Positions 19,179 through 27,487 of a DNA stretch of 64,000 nucleotides are shown piece by piece; the stretch's first letter is position 1; each line of letters starts with the position of its first letter. A program made the translations under genes and the position numbers. The notes beneath the pieces were generated by a model. It worked only from the letters and a program-made list of their open reading frames with translations, was not told where the DNA came from and searched no databases. Source of the stretch: Alphaproteobacteria bacterium (lineage in GTDB: Bacteria; Pseudomonadota; Alphaproteobacteria; Rhodospirillales; Rhodospirillaceae); assembly GCA_030835385.1 (NCBI GenBank), contig JAURPI010000040.1, positions 78,735 through 142,734 of the forward strand. Direction: 5' to 3'.

Positions 19179-20057
19179 TTAGGTTGGCTTTCTGATTTCG
19201 ATACCAGCAGCATCGAGCCAACTTCCTAGTTGTGCGTGTGTGCTTTTCTTGGGGTCTAGCATATCCCGCGTTTCAATCATAAATTCACCTGCAATCATCC
19301 GGCGACGGTATAGTACTGCGTGTGAGATAGCTTCAGCATTGCCAATGACACACGAAAGTGTCGGGTACGCAAGAGTGTGAACTCCAGCTCCTTCGAGGCA
19401 TCCAAATTCATGGGTAGCGGCACAAACGATATTCAAGTCGTTAGCAATCGGTTCATGAAACTTATTCGCGCTAAATTTCAAGGCTTCGGGCAGAGTTAGA
19501 GATGTATTCCAACGGCGAGGTTCAGTGTCGAGGTTGATAAAGAACTTTAAACGATGTTTTTTATGCTGGTCTGCATATGGAGCACCGCTGACATACGCAT
19601 CAAAATGCAACGGCTCTCCTTCAGTCGATGTGAATCTTCAAGTAATGTTGTCGAATGTCATCGAATAGTATTTTGGAAATAGCGCTCGCATCGCGACTTT
19701 AATCTGAGCGTTAACCTGAGCAATTTGAGATCGAATGTATGAAGCGATCTTAAAGTCCCCGTTGAACGCTCGCATCATTATGTGGTGTTCCATAATGCTA
19801 ATCTTGTTCTCGTCGCGAACAAGAATATCTGCGTCCATACCGGTTTTCGACCCAAGTTTTTTGTATTCTTGCGACCATACAAGGGTTTGAAATATCGGCA
19901 AATCAAAATCAAGAGGAAAGAACGGGATGAAAATCAAATTCAAATCTTCGTACAACTTTGCTAGATCATCCTTGTATTCACGAGCGTAGTCACCAATGCT
20001 TTCCGCACGCGCTAGCTCAACGATGTTATTGGGTATGTCTGAACTCAGGTCGATCAT
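19179..20057 (-). pseudogene. KdoO-like Fe(II)/2-oxoglutarate dioxygenase (Kdo hydroxylase family-like) interrupted by an in-frame TGA
   Basis: Track ORFs 19638..20057 and 19179..19610 are in the same frame, reading ...SMTFDNIT*RFTSTEGEPLHFDAYVSG... with the TGA at 19638-19640. The combined length is about 291 codons. There is an HxD (LHFDAY) near codon 150 and a distal His (AISHAVLY) about 95 residues later. Segments FPLDFDL, ENKIS, ALFPKY and RLKFFINLD...RRW resemble the Kdo_hydroxy family as I recall it. Confidence 0.45.
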
Positions 20058-20147
20058 TTGGTGAGCACTCAGTTGATTAGGTCCGGTTCCATTCTACTGA
20101 AACCACCTTTGAATTCACACGGAAACTCTAGACGATACGGCAATAAC

Positions 20148-20420
20148 CTAGAGCATCCCTTCATGCCGAGATTGAGCCTGCCCCAAAAGAGGGTTTCTCC
20201 CGTAGTCTTGATCCAACAATGCTATTGCTGAGTCTAAATGTTTGGGCGCGATTTGGTTGTATAGCATCGCGCTCTGAAGTGACTTGTGACCCAACAAAGC
20301 CGCAACTTTAGCAATATCAACGTCCTTAGCGATTAGACGAATAGCAAACGTGTGCCTTAGCCCGTGTATGGAAATACGCTCTAACCCTGAAGACTTGTCG
20401 GCATACATTTGCGGCGTATC
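20148..20420 (-). pseudogene. Tyrosine recombinase (phage-integrase family), C-terminal catalytic fragment A
   Basis: ISIHGLRHTFAIRLIAKDVDIAKVAALLGHKSLQSAMLYNQ contains the HxLRH box, LGH and the catalytic Y. The frame closes at a stop just upstream (20421-20423), so the N-terminal two thirds or so are missing. Confidence 0.75.
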
Positions 20421-20494
20421 TTATCGAGAATAATGTAACCGTATATGACGTGGCCAGACTACTAGGGCATCAGGGGCTCACTTCAATCCCATAG
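20387..20494 (+). pseudogene. Tyrosine recombinase, C-terminal catalytic fragment B (opposite strand, head-to-head with fragment A)
   Basis: The plus frame reads LKTCRHTFAAYLIENNVTVYDVARLLGHQGLTSIP*QPY*, with an RHTFA box and LLGH. TAG 20492-20494 precedes the presumptive catalytic Y. Confidence 0.6.
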
Positions 20495-20708
20495 CAACCA
20501 TACTAGATCGGCCAGAGGCTCCCGGAGTCTATTCTGGAGAACCACAATCGAGATATGAGGGTATGCTTTAGATTGTCGCTCGTTGGTTCCCTAAACTCAT
20601 TCTACAACACCACCTGTATAGTGATGCTTATTGAGTTTATATAATAACAAGAATAGAAGTGTAAATGCTTCCGCAATTCCCTTCAACGCACGCTAATCAC
20701 TCACAATA

Positions 20709-21491
20709 ATGAAAAATAGATTCTTCATATCATCTTCAGGAAGTATGGCGACGGCTTGGCTCTCCAAAATTTTGTCGGCAAATCCGAACTTGATGAAATG
20801 CTTCCACAGCTCTGTCGGTGTATTCCCTACCTACCAGCCAAACCGCACACTCGATGAGGTAATGCCTGCAATAAACGAGTGGGCTCTAAAGAACTCGGTC
20901 ACTTATAGCGGCTGCGTGCATCTGAGCCGCATGCATGGTGTCGCCGCTCGTCCGTATTGTTTAGAACATGACATCCACTTCTGTGGTCTCGTTAGGCAAC
21001 CAATATTAGCAATCGAATCTCAATACTACGAAAAGCGTTCACTTAATTACTCTGAGTCTTTTATTGCTCACCCAGTATTCAAATGGGCCTCGAATATTCC
21101 AAGCCTAGAGCATTTACTCACAGACCTTACTGAAGAAAAATTGGTGTTCTTGAAATGTAACGTCTACAATCTCAAGTTCTCTATAGAATTAGAATTTATA
21201 CCTGAGCCCGTGTTCAAGTTTGAAGAATACACGATTGATTACGAAGTAGTTCGCAAAATACTGGAATGCATCACACGTGGAGCTATTGACCACGATCCAA
21301 TAATTTTTGAAGCGTTTCAGAATGTTGGGAAGCTCAATACCCACCGAAAAAAACCACGTTCTGTCCAAGAGACATGGGAGAGATCATGGTCGGATTGGCA
21401 ACGAGACATTTTTAGCAGTCTGTGGCGGTATTATTACGGAAAGAAAGAGCCATCTTTTTACCCGGAAATATCTACTCTGTTAACGCTCTGA
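20709..21491 (+). CDS. Hypothetical protein (orphan), possibly a sulfotransferase-like fold
   Basis: A 260-aa ORF in the AT-rich islet. FISSSGSMATAWLSKIL weakly resembles a sulfotransferase PAPS-binding loop. I saw no obvious Shine-Dalgarno sequence. A TATAAT-like tatataat lies about 55 nt upstream. Confidence 0.5.
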   Translation: MKNRFFISSSGSMATAWLSKILSANPNLMKCFHSSVGVFPTYQPNRTLDEVMPAINEWALKNSVTYSGCVHLSRMHGVAARPYCLEHDIHFCGLVRQPILAIESQYYEKRSLNYSESFIAHPVFKWASNIPSLEHLLTDLTEEKLVFLKCNVYNLKFSIELEFIPEPVFKFEEYTIDYEVVRKILECITRGAIDHDPIIFEAFQNVGKLNTHRKKPRSVQETWERSWSDWQRDIFSSLWRYYYGKKEPSFYPEISTLLTL

Positions 21492-21565
21492 CCCTTGATC
21501 GGCTAGCTCAAAAAAAACAGAAGCAACCGTTTGCTCGTTCTAAATTGAAAAAATTCTGACTTAAG

Positions 21566-21657
21566 AGAAAACGGCCCCTCCTAGTATGGAGAGGCCATTT
21601 TTATTTATTAATAGAGATAAATATACCCCCCGGCCAATTACCGGGGGGGTTCTTTTA
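21566..21657. repeat. Right copy of the inverted two-hairpin terminator module (IR-R); acts as the glnA terminator
   Basis: Read on the minus strand after the glnA stop, it gives hairpin ccccccgg/7 nt/ccgggggg, the spacer tatatttatctctattaataaataaaaa, then hairpin ggcctctcc/6 nt/ggaggggcc followed by a T-tract. The order and spacer match IR-L. Confidence 0.8.
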
Positions 21658-21676
21658 AGTGTGTCTCAATCTTTGA

Positions 21677-23098
21677 TTAGGCTGAGTAGTACATGTCAAA
21701 TTCAACCGGGTGAGGGGTCGACATAAACCGAGTGACTTCAGCTTGTTTTAAGTCGATATAGCCGTCCAACATGTCGTTGGTGAAGGCGTCACCTTTGGTT
21801 AGGAACTCACGGTCTGAGTCCAATGCATCAAGGGCTTCTGACAATGACGCACAGACTGTCGGAATACCTTGCAGTTCTTCCGGTGGCAGATCGTAAAGAT
21901 CTTTGTCCATCGGATCACCTGGATGGATTTTGTTTTCGATCCCGTCGATCCCCGCCATCAACATGGCGGAGTAGGTCAGGTACGGGTTGCCGGCAGGGTC
22001 AGGGAAGCGCACTTCAACCCGTTTGCCGTTCGGGCTCGCCACGTGTGGAATACGGCAGGAAGCGGAGCGGTTACGCGCTGAATAAGCCAGCAGAACCGGT
22101 GCTTCAAAACCAGGCACCAAACGCTTGTAGCTGTTCGTTGTGGCGTTAGAAAACGCGTTGATAGCTTTGGCGTGTTTGATGATTCCGCCAATGTAATACA
22201 GCGCCGTCTCTGAAAGATCAGCATAGCCTGAGCCTGCGAACAGGTTCTTACCGTCCTTCCAAAGCGATTGGTGAACGTGCATGCCGGAGCCGTTGTCGTT
22301 GAACACAGGCTTCGGCATGAAGGTCGCTGTTTTGCCGTAGGCATGGGCAACCATGTGCACTACGAACTTATAAATTTGCATGTTATCGCCCGACGCTACC
22401 AATTCGTCGAACTTCAGACCAAGCTCATGCTGGGATGGCGCCACTTCGTGGTGGTGTTTTTCCATGTCGAGACCCATTTCGGCCATCACGGAAACCATTT
22501 CAGCGCGCAGGTCGGTGCCGCTGTCGACCGGAGGAACGGGGAAGTAGCCGCCTTTGTCTTTCGGGCGATGGGCATAGTTGCCTTCTTCATAGCCGCGCCA
22601 GCTGTTGTACGGGCCTTCTTCGCCGTCGATCTGATAGCCCATCATATTTTGTTGGGTAGAGAACTTAACGTCGTCAAACACGAAGAATTCGGCCTCGGGG
22701 CCAAAGTAGGCAACATCAGCAATGCCGCTAGATTGCATGTAGGCGAGGGCGCCTTTGGCAACCGAGCGTGGGCAACGGTTATAAGGTTGGCCGGTTGACG
22801 GCTCCACAACGTCGCAGAACAAAATGAGTTGGGATTGAGCTGTAAACGGATCCATCGTTGCTGTCGTCAGGTCGGGCATCAGAGTCATGTCCGACTTATC
22901 GATGCTTTTCCAACCTTGGATCGAAGAGCCATCAAACATGATGCCCTCTTCCAGCATATCTTCATCTACTGTGTTGACGTGCTGCGCGGTGTGTTGCCAT
23001 TTTCCGGCAGGGTTCGTAAATCGGAAGTCGACGTATTTAACATCGTTCTCCTCGATCATTTTTAGAACTGTTTTCGCGTCCGACATATCGTATCCCAT
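21677..23098 (-). CDS. glnA: Glutamine synthetase type I
   Basis: 473 aa with canonical GSI motifs, including the adenylylation-site context [10 protein letters not shown]. Confidence 0.95.
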   Translation of the reverse strand: MGYDMSDAKTVLKMIEENDVKYVDFRFTNPAGKWQHTAQHVNTVDEDMLEEGIMFDGSSIQGWKSIDKSDMTLMPDLTTATMDPFTAQSQLILFCDVVEPSTGQPYNRCPRSVAKGALAYMQSSGIADVAYFGPEAEFFVFDDVKFSTQQNMMGYQIDGEEGPYNSWRGYEEGNYAHRPKDKGGYFPVPPVDSGTDLRAEMVSVMAEMGLDMEKHHHEVAPSQHELGLKFDELVASGDNMQIYKFVVHMVAHAYGKTATFMPKPVFNDNGSGMHVHQSLWKDGKNLFAGSGYADLSETALYYIGGIIKHAKAINAFSNATTNSYKRLVPGFEAPVLLAYSARNRSASCRIPHVASPNGKRVEVRFPDPAGNPYLTYSAMLMAGIDGIENKIHPGDPMDKDLYDLPPEELQGIPTVCASLSEALDALDSDREFLTKGDAFTNDMLDGYIDLKQAEVTRFMSTPHPVEFDMYYSA

Positions 23099-23149
23099 CC
23101 TTGCAAGATTAGTTTGTAGAGATCGTTCTTATCCTCACTGAACCAGAGC

Positions 23150-23512
<363 letters not shown>

Positions 23513-23584
23513 CTAGTGCGTTGATTAGCGCAATTTTGAGGTCTTTGGAGGCCGATGCGGCAGCGAGATAATATCTGTTTCTAT

Positions 23585-23601
23585 TTCAAATCCCGTGCCA
23601 A
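23585..23601 (-). promoter_or_regulatory. Candidate sigma-54-like promoter upstream of glnB (imperfect -12 element)
   Basis: The minus strand reads TTGGCACGGGATTTGAA. The -24 TGGCAC is perfect, but the -12 element is TTGA instead of TTGC. It lies about 100 nt upstream of the glnB ATG. Confidence 0.3.
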
Positions 23602-23804
23602 CCGACCGTCACGGCATAAAATCTATATAAATCAATTCACTACGGGAGAATCGGCTTTATATTAGGCATGCGCTTGATGCTTACATCCATGGCATCTTGC
23701 CCATTAATTAGGCAGAGAGGTGGTTAGAACCGCCGTGAATGAAGGCTTGTCGAGGACGATTTCTTGACTGCCTTTTTAATAGGGGGTAGACGACGCGCCG
23801 GTAT

Positions 23805-23882
23805 GGCGGGTGTAGCTCAGTTGGTTAGAGCGCCTGATTGTGGTTCAGGAGGTCGTGGGTTCGAAACCCATCACTCGCCCCA
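23805..23882 (+). tRNA. tRNA-His (anticodon GTG) with genomically encoded G-1 paired to C73; CCA encoded
   Basis: Eight nucleotides (ggcgggtg) precede U8-A9 and the D-stem GCTC. The anticodon loop is ttGTGgt. The 3' end is cactcgc-c-cca, so the extra 5' G pairs with C73. Confidence 0.9.
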
Positions 23883-24012
23883 TATCCCCTGAATATGTCC
23901 GGTCAAGGTTGTGTGCGCCGTCTATGCGCGACCATTTAGCCAACCCAAAAGCTTAAGATATGGTATTATATTACCGTATATGCAAATAACTGTTTTTACA
24001 GTATTTTTTGCG

Positions 24013-24041
24013 TTGACATCCGAATTGGGCTTCAATATACG
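24013..24041 (+). promoter_or_regulatory. Candidate sigma-70 promoter of rplM-rpsI with an A/T-rich UP-like element
   Basis: TTGACA (24013-24018), a 17-nt spacer, then TATACG (24036-24041). It is preceded by ctgtttttacagtattttttgcg and lies about 90 nt upstream of the rplM ATG. Confidence 0.5.
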
Positions 24042-24127
24042 GCGTCTTCCGTAGGGTTCTGGCGTATGGCTAAAACTCTGCGTTTGAGCCGCAGTGGTTC
24101 GAGAAAAAGAGATTCAAGAGGACACTC

Positions 24128-24592
24128 ATGAAGACCTATTCAGCCCGTCCCAGTGACGTAGAGCGCAAATGGTACATCATCGACGCGGAGGACCTGGTAC
24201 TTGGTCGGATGGCCGTTGAGATTGCCGATATCCTGCGTGGAAAACATAAAACCATGTACACCCCGCACATTGATACTGGCGATCATGTCGTCGTTATTAA
24301 TGCAGCGAAGGTGCGCCTGACCGGGAACAAAGCAGGGAACAAGACCTACTATTGGCACACCGGACACCCGGGTGGGATTAAGGAACGTACAGCCGGCCAG
24401 ATTTTGAGCGGCAACCATCCTGAGCGCGTGGTCGAGAAAGCTGTGCTGCGGATGATGCCAAAAGGACCGCTAGGTCGGGCTCAGTTCAAGAAATTGAAGA
24501 TTTACGCTGGTGCAGAGCACCCGCATGAGGCGCAGAAGCCTGAAGTGCTCGATATTGCAGCCCGTAATTCTAAAAATAAGAGGAGCGCCTAA
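24128..24592 (+). CDS. rplM: 50S ribosomal protein L13
   Basis: [29 protein letters not shown] is the canonical L13 N-terminus. Confidence 0.96.
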   Translation: MKTYSARPSDVERKWYIIDAEDLVLGRMAVEIADILRGKHKTMYTPHIDTGDHVVVINAAKVRLTGNKAGNKTYYWHTGHPGGIKERTAGQILSGNHPERVVEKAVLRMMPKGPLGRAQFKKLKIYAGAEHPHEAQKPEVLDIAARNSKNKRSA

Positions 24593-24595
24593 CAC

Positions 24596-25066
24596 ATGGC
24601 GGATACCACAACCTCACTCGAAGATCTCAAAGAAGCCGTAACGGAAGTTGCTGAGCCCAGAGAGCCTAAGAAAGATGAATTTGGTCGTTCTTATGCGACC
24701 GGTCGGCGCAAGGATGCTGTTGCGCGTGTATGGATTAAGCCTGGAACGGGCAAGATCACAGTAAACAGCCGAGATTTGGAGAACTATTTTCCACGCCCCG
24801 TGCTTCGTATGCTGATTAATCAGCCATTCCAGGTATCTAACCGAGAAAATCAGTTTGACGTGTATTGCACGGTCTCTGGTGGTGGCTTATCAGGCCAGGC
24901 TGGAGCGCTTCGTCATGGCATCTCGCAGGCTTTAACCTTATTTGAACCTGAACTCCGCCCAGCTCTTAAGAAGGGGGGCTTCCTAACCCGCGACTCTCGC
25001 GTGGTTGAGCGGAAGAAATACGGACGCCGCAAGGCCCGTCGGAGCTTCCAGTTCTCGAAGCGTTAA
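24596..25066 (+). CDS. rpsI: 30S ribosomal protein S9
   Basis: The C-terminus [17 protein letters not shown] is the canonical S9 end. Confidence 0.96.
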   Translation: MADTTTSLEDLKEAVTEVAEPREPKKDEFGRSYATGRRKDAVARVWIKPGTGKITVNSRDLENYFPRPVLRMLINQPFQVSNRENQFDVYCTVSGGGLSGQAGALRHGISQALTLFEPELRPALKKGGFLTRDSRVVERKKYGRRKARRSFQFSKR

Positions 25067-25090
25067 GCGGATTATTTATTCTGTTGCGAA

Positions 25091-25125
25091 GGGGTGTCGT
25101 TATTTGCGGCACCCCTTTTGCTTTT
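25091..25125 (+). terminator. Rho-independent terminator after rpsI
   Basis: ggggtgtcg/ttatttg/cggcacccc (one mismatch) followed by ttttgctttt. Confidence 0.75.
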
Positions 25126-25234
25126 GGGCAGAGCTACCGTATTCTCGAATGGACCCAGCCAACATATACATTTGAAAGTACTGAGGTGCGTCGATGGGTG
25201 CGAACATGGCTAATAAGGTCTGCGTGGAGGCCAT

Positions 25235-26851
25235 GTGAGCGAAAATAGCCTTAGTATCAAAGAATTGTTGCGTCTGGCTGCTGAGAAGTTTGAATCCGGT
25301 GATATGCTATGCGCAAAGGCTGCCTGCGATCAAATAATTGCTAGTGAGCCAACGCAGCCTCACGCCTTGAATTTTTTGGCGCTCATTGCGCGTCAAATAA
25401 AGAAGTGGGGCAAAGCGGAAGAAATAGCACGCTTCGGTTGCGATAAGAATCCTCAGAATGCCCAACTCACCAATACGCTCGGGCTCATCATGCTCGATCA
25501 GCGCCGACTTGCTGAAGCTGAGGTAGAGTTTCGCCGATCACATGTTTTAAAGCCCGATCGCCCCGAGTTCTTGGGTAATCTTGGCGTCACCCTTCAGGCA
25601 AAGGGCCGGTGGGAAGAAGCGCGAGACGTATTCACTGCAGCGCTGAATTTGAATCCCCATTTCGTTCCGGCGCTGGCCGGGCGTGCAACGGCGGCGACAG
25701 ACTTAGGGCTCTACGAAGATGCCCAGTCCGACATCCAATTGGCTGAGAGCCTTAATCCAAATGACCTAGAGCTCTTGAACAGCATAGCGAGGTTGGCTCT
25801 ATGCCGGGGCGACCTTGACGAGGCTTATGCTGCGTTCGACCGCACAGTTTCGCTATCGCCAAATGTCGCTGACGCCCGGGTTAATCGCGGGCTCGTTCGG
25901 GTGTTGCAGGGACGTATCAGTGAGGGTTGGGAAGACTACTGTATGCGTCGGGCCCGGCGTTGGGGGCGGCCGTCAAACCGACATCTCGATTTGCCAGGTT
26001 GGAAAGGAGAGTCGCTCGCCGGAAAACGAGTTCTGGTCTGGAGCGAACTTGGGCTTGGCGAAGTGATTATGTGCACGTCGCTGATTAAAGAGCTCGCAGC
26101 AGAAGCGCACCAGATTATTTTGGAAGTAGATCCAAGGCTTGTCGAGCTATTCTCCAGATCACTTTCGAATGTCACGGTTATTCCTGAAGAGACGCCAGCC
26201 AATTCAAAAATTCAAAGCACTTTACCTGATGTGCAAATACCGATTATCGAACTGGTCGGCTATCGCGGAGCTGATTCTGCGACTAGGGAGCCCAAGCCTG
26301 CATACCTAAAACCAGATGCGTCGAACGTCGCAGTATTAAAGGAAAAGTATCTTACTGAGGTGCCTGGCCAGCCACTCGTTGGGTTGTCCTGGGGGAGTCC
26401 GGAAGCTACGTCTGTGAGGCAAAAAAGCATAGCCGCTGAGTGGTGGGCGCCAGTGTTGCGAACACCAGGTGTTACGTTTGTCAACTTGCAGTACGGCGAA
26501 GCTCGTCAAGAGTTGAATGAGATAGCAACTCAATACGGAGCCACGTTATTAGATGATCCATCTGTCGATCCTGCCGGGTCTCTCTCGCCATTTGCAGATC
26601 AATGCGCTGCATTGGATTTGGTGATTACTGTTTCAAATACGACGGCACATATATCTGGGGCGATTGGGCAAGAGACTTGGGTGCTTGTTCCTCCGCTTGG
26701 TCTTGGCAGTATGTGGTTCTGGTTCGTGGATCGAGCTACGTCACCGTGGTACCCCGCAGTGAAGTTGTGGCGAAGAGAGATGAACAAGGATGAGGCCTTC
26801 GTCGCCGATATAGCGGACAGATTACAGCAATGGGCGGCCGACCGGAATTAA
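25235..26851 (+). CDS. TPR-repeat protein with a C-terminal glycosyltransferase family 9-like (heptosyltransferase-like) domain
   Basis: The N-terminal roughly 230 aa are TPR-like repeats. The C-terminal part has a GT9-like pattern (VLVWSELGLGEVIM..., GLSWGS..., DLVITVSNTTAHISGAIGQETWVLVP). GTG start. Confidence 0.7.
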   Translation: MSENSLSIKELLRLAAEKFESGDMLCAKAACDQIIASEPTQPHALNFLALIARQIKKWGKAEEIARFGCDKNPQNAQLTNTLGLIMLDQRRLAEAEVEFRRSHVLKPDRPEFLGNLGVTLQAKGRWEEARDVFTAALNLNPHFVPALAGRATAATDLGLYEDAQSDIQLAESLNPNDLELLNSIARLALCRGDLDEAYAAFDRTVSLSPNVADARVNRGLVRVLQGRISEGWEDYCMRRARRWGRPSNRHLDLPGWKGESLAGKRVLVWSELGLGEVIMCTSLIKELAAEAHQIILEVDPRLVELFSRSLSNVTVIPEETPANSKIQSTLPDVQIPIIELVGYRGADSATREPKPAYLKPDASNVAVLKEKYLTEVPGQPLVGLSWGSPEATSVRQKSIAAEWWAPVLRTPGVTFVNLQYGEARQELNEIATQYGATLLDDPSVDPAGSLSPFADQCAALDLVITVSNTTAHISGAIGQETWVLVPPLGLGSMWFWFVDRATSPWYPAVKLWRREMNKDEAFVADIADRLQQWAADRN

Positions 26852-26947
26852 CAGGGCCTTCTGTTTCCTCATTACAGATTGTGGTGTAAATCAGATTAGG
26901 TAGCGGCATTTGGTGGCGCGCCCGAGAAGACCGAGAGTGAATACGTT

Positions 26948-27487
26948 ATGAGTACGCAACCTTCACCCGTTATTTTGCCGTGGGACAATGTTCGCCCCGT
27001 TATAGCGGCAGATGCATTCATTGCGCCCAATGCGACGATTGTCGGCGACACTCAAATTGGATCGAAGGCGAGTATTTGGTTTAACGTTGTGCTTCGGGGT
27101 GATGTTAATTACATCCGCGTTGGAGACTGCACCAATATTCAGGATGGAACTGTTGTGCACGTTTCCTCCAAAGATCATCCAACACTCATCGGGGCAGGTG
27201 TCTTGATTGGCCATATGGCGATGATACATGCGTGCACTTTAGAAGATGGGTGTTTTGTAGGTATGTCTGCAACGATTATGGATGGTGCGGTTGTCGAACA
27301 GGGGGCGATGATTGCGGCAGGGGCCCTTGTCGCACCTGGTAAACGTGTGAAAGCGGGGCAACTTTGGGCTGGAACTCCGGCTAAGTTCATTCGGGATGTA
27401 AGGCCAGAAGAGGCGGAAAGATTCCCTGAGCAAATTCAGCGTTATGTGGACTTGGGTCAAACATATCGCCAATTGGTGTCAGAGTAA
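26948..27487 (+). CDS. Gamma-class carbonic anhydrase family / left-handed beta-helix (hexapeptide repeat) protein
   Basis: The pattern FIAPNATIVGDTQIGSKASIWFNVVLRGDVNYIRVGDCTNIQDGTVVH is typical of the YrdA/PaaY group. Confidence 0.85.
   Translation: MSTQPSPVILPWDNVRPVIAADAFIAPNATIVGDTQIGSKASIWFNVVLRGDVNYIRVGDCTNIQDGTVVHVSSKDHPTLIGAGVLIGHMAMIHACTLEDGCFVGMSATIMDGAVVEQGAMIAAGALVAPGKRVKAGQLWAGTPAKFIRDVRPEEAERFPEQIQRYVDLGQTYRQLVSE

Larger units (their letters stand above)
19062..21657. mobile_element. Decayed integrative islet between convergent clpA and glnA
   Basis: Visibly AT-richer than both flanks, bounded by inverted repeats, and containing two tyrosine-recombinase 3' fragments plus interrupted or orphan genes. 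No intact recombinase is present. Confidence 0.55.

Noticed and set aside
19638-19640. The in-frame TGA in the KdoO-like gene as a selenocysteine codon
   Set aside because: The only hairpin I could draw downstream (GGAGAGCCG...CGGTGCTCC) has internal mismatches and a long loop, unlike a bacterial SECIS. The position is not an obvious redox-active site. No sel genes are in the window. Other genes nearby are interrupted by TAA and TAG, so pseudogenisation is the simpler explanation.
22268-22798. Long antisense ORFs inside well-supported genes. Examples are 22268..22798 in glnA, 18438..18986 in clpA, 58152..58766 in the deacetylase, 60830..61411 in the ALDH, 12353..12889 in ugd and 38708..39184 in recJ.
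   Set aside because: They lie entirely within, and antisense to, genes with strong family signatures. Their translations are low-complexity or Arg/Ser/Pro-rich, which is typical of shadow ORFs.
23941-24000. AT-rich quasi-palindrome (ggtattatattacc) upstream of the rplM promoter as an operator
   Set aside because: The symmetry is imperfect; only the outer 4 bp pair. The region is more simply explained as an A/T-rich UP-like element of a ribosomal-protein promoter.
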